Shown here: one piece after another, positions 62,661 to 64,000 of the stretch
How the letters are laid out: every line of letters starts with the position of its first letter
Position numbering within the stretch: position 1 is the stretch's first letter
Source of the DNA: Candidatus Bathyarchaeota archaeon
GTDB taxonomy: Archaea; Thermoproteota; Bathyarchaeia; Bathyarchaeales; Bathycorpusculaceae
Direction: 5' to 3'
Length of the DNA stretch: 64,000 nucleotides
Assembly (NCBI GenBank): GCA_963806535.1
Contig: CAWDYC010000006.1
Coordinates: 1 to 64,000, forward strand
Notes under the pieces: model-generated
Databases searched by the model: none
The model's input: only the letters and a program-made list of their open reading frames with translations
Told to the model about the DNA's origin: nothing
Translations under genes and position numbers: made by a program

Positions 62661-63464
62661 TCAGAATATTTCATCGTTTGCGTAAATAGACTTTTTGCAA
62701 GCTGGACATTTATCGTCATTTATTTGAATATTGCTTCCACAGTGTGGGCATTTATGGTTCTTTTTGTTTGAATGCAGACCTTGCATCTCTTTAACTATTT
62801 TTCCGTCTTTGAGCAGAAGCATTCGTTCCGTATTGCGTGCAGCTTGACTATCATGCGTGACCATGATAATAGTAGTACCTTGTGTGAGATTGAGGTTTGC
62901 AAGCAACTTGATAATTCCTTGCTTATTCTGGCTATCCAAGTTTCCTGTAGGTTCGTCAGCAAGAATAAAAGCGGGATTATTTGCCAAAGCCCGGGCGATT
63001 GCCACTCTTTGCTGCTCTCCAGCGCTGAGACGTTGCGGTCTGTGTCCTTCTCTTCCTGAAAGACCAACCATTTCTAAGAGTTCGCTTGCTTTTTTCTTCC
63101 TTTCGCTCTTTGATTTGATTCTTCCTTCCATTGGTAACTCGACATTTTCTCTAGCGTTTAAGTATGGCAATAGGTTGAAGGTTTGAAATACGAAACCCAT
63201 CTTGTCTCTTCTGATCTTGTAAAGCTGGTTTTCTGGGAGGTTTGAAACTTCGATGCCGTCTAGAAGGACCTGACCGCTTGTGGGTTTATCAATGCAGCCT
63301 ATAACGTTTAGCAGTGTCGTTTTGCCTGAGCCTGAAGGACCCATAATTGCCACGAATTCACCAGAGTTTATCGTTAGATTCAGATTTGATAGAGCTTGGA
63401 CGTCGCGTTTGCCAAGATGGTACGATTTACTTAATTTTTCGATTTGCAATACTGGTTTACTCAT
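62661..63464 (-). CDS. ABC transporter ATP-binding protein with a C-terminal zinc ribbon
   Basis: GPSGSGKT, LSAGEQQR and CPHC..CPAC. Confidence 0.93.
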   Translation of the reverse strand: MSKPVLQIEKLSKSYHLGKRDVQALSNLNLTINSGEFVAIMGPSGSGKTTLLNVIGCIDKPTSGQVLLDGIEVSNLPENQLYKIRRDKMGFVFQTFNLLPYLNARENVELPMEGRIKSKSERKKKASELLEMVGLSGREGHRPQRLSAGEQQRVAIARALANNPAFILADEPTGNLDSQNKQGIIKLLANLNLTQGTTIIMVTHDSQAARNTERMLLLKDGKIVKEMQGLHSNKKNHKCPHCGSNIQINDDKCPACKKSIYANDEIF

Positions 63465-64000
63465 ACTTCATCGCCTCTGCTGGTCTTATTTTTGCAGCTC
63501 TCCACGCAGGATATAGACTTCCTAAAGTTCCAAGTAGAACGGCTGCACCGAACAATATCAAAACAAGTTCGGGATTCAGTGTTGCTACAGATAAACCACT
63601 GATTCTTGTAGTGCCTGAAAGGAATCCAGCTGTTCCGCTTCTTACTCCAACGCTCGGAAGTAAAAGCGATGAAAGGGTTGGTGCTGCAACGCTACCTATT
63701 GCGATACCAACAACACCTGCAATTATGCTTAAAAAAATGCCTTCAAGCATAAATTGGCCCATAACTGTAGAGTTGCTAAAACCAATCGCTTTAAGTGTGC
63801 CAATTTCTTTGGTTCTTTCCTTGACAGTATAAAGCATGACAAATAACACTATCAAGCTTGTTGCTACAACCACTAAGATAATTTCTTCAACTGCAGTTGA
63901 GTATGTTTGACTGTTTGATGATTGTGCGTTTGCCAATTCAGTATTATAGGTCGTTTGTAGGGTTTGAAGTTGACTCAAACGAGTTTGATCGGTAGTAACT
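63457..64000 (-). CDS. ABC transporter permease (MacB/FtsX), 5' part outside the window
   Basis: VKERTKEIGTLKAIG and YPAWRAAKIRPAEAMKYE. Confidence 0.9.
   Translation of the reverse strand, partial: VTTDQTRLSQLQTLQTTYNTELANAQSSNSQTYSTAVEEIILVVVATSLIVLFVMLYTVKERTKEIGTLKAIGFSNSTVMGQFMLEGIFLSIIAGVVGIAIGSVAAPTLSSLLLPSVGVRSGTAGFLSGTTRISGLSVATLNPELVLILFGAAVLLGTLGSLYPAWRAAKIRPAEAMKYE

Overview
Archaeal chromosomal window, most likely Bathyarchaeia (TACK group). This is inferred from ribosomal protein L38e, a Cren7-like chromatin protein, TFS, Tsr3, a methanofuran mfn operon and archaeal TATA boxes. About 20 single-base frameshifts in conserved genes suggest an under-polished long-read assembly. The main feature is a minus-strand operon at 226-11761 for a headless contractile phage-tail machine: sheath, tube, chaperone with a -1 frameshift extension, tape-measure-like protein, tube initiator, hub, spike, gp25, baseplate J and I, a putative fibre and a cap. 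No capsid, portal, terminase, integrase, AAA ATPase, PAAR or lysis gene is visible in the window, so it is a candidate archaeal tailocin or contractile injection system. Other content: a decayed PAS histidine kinase, an orphan RnfD-ferredoxin fusion, mfnBADFE with a HisA-like gene, an MMPL transporter, tRNA-Phe and tRNA-Val, NAD/MTA salvage genes, and a duplicated ABC-exporter/HtrA operon around a BlaI/BlaR pair with three operators. Unexplained non-coding structure includes an 18-24 bp motif confined to 42.5-51.2 kb around a 2.9 kb gene-free tract, a three-copy hairpin repeat, and a structured-RNA candidate upstream of a HEPN-like gene.
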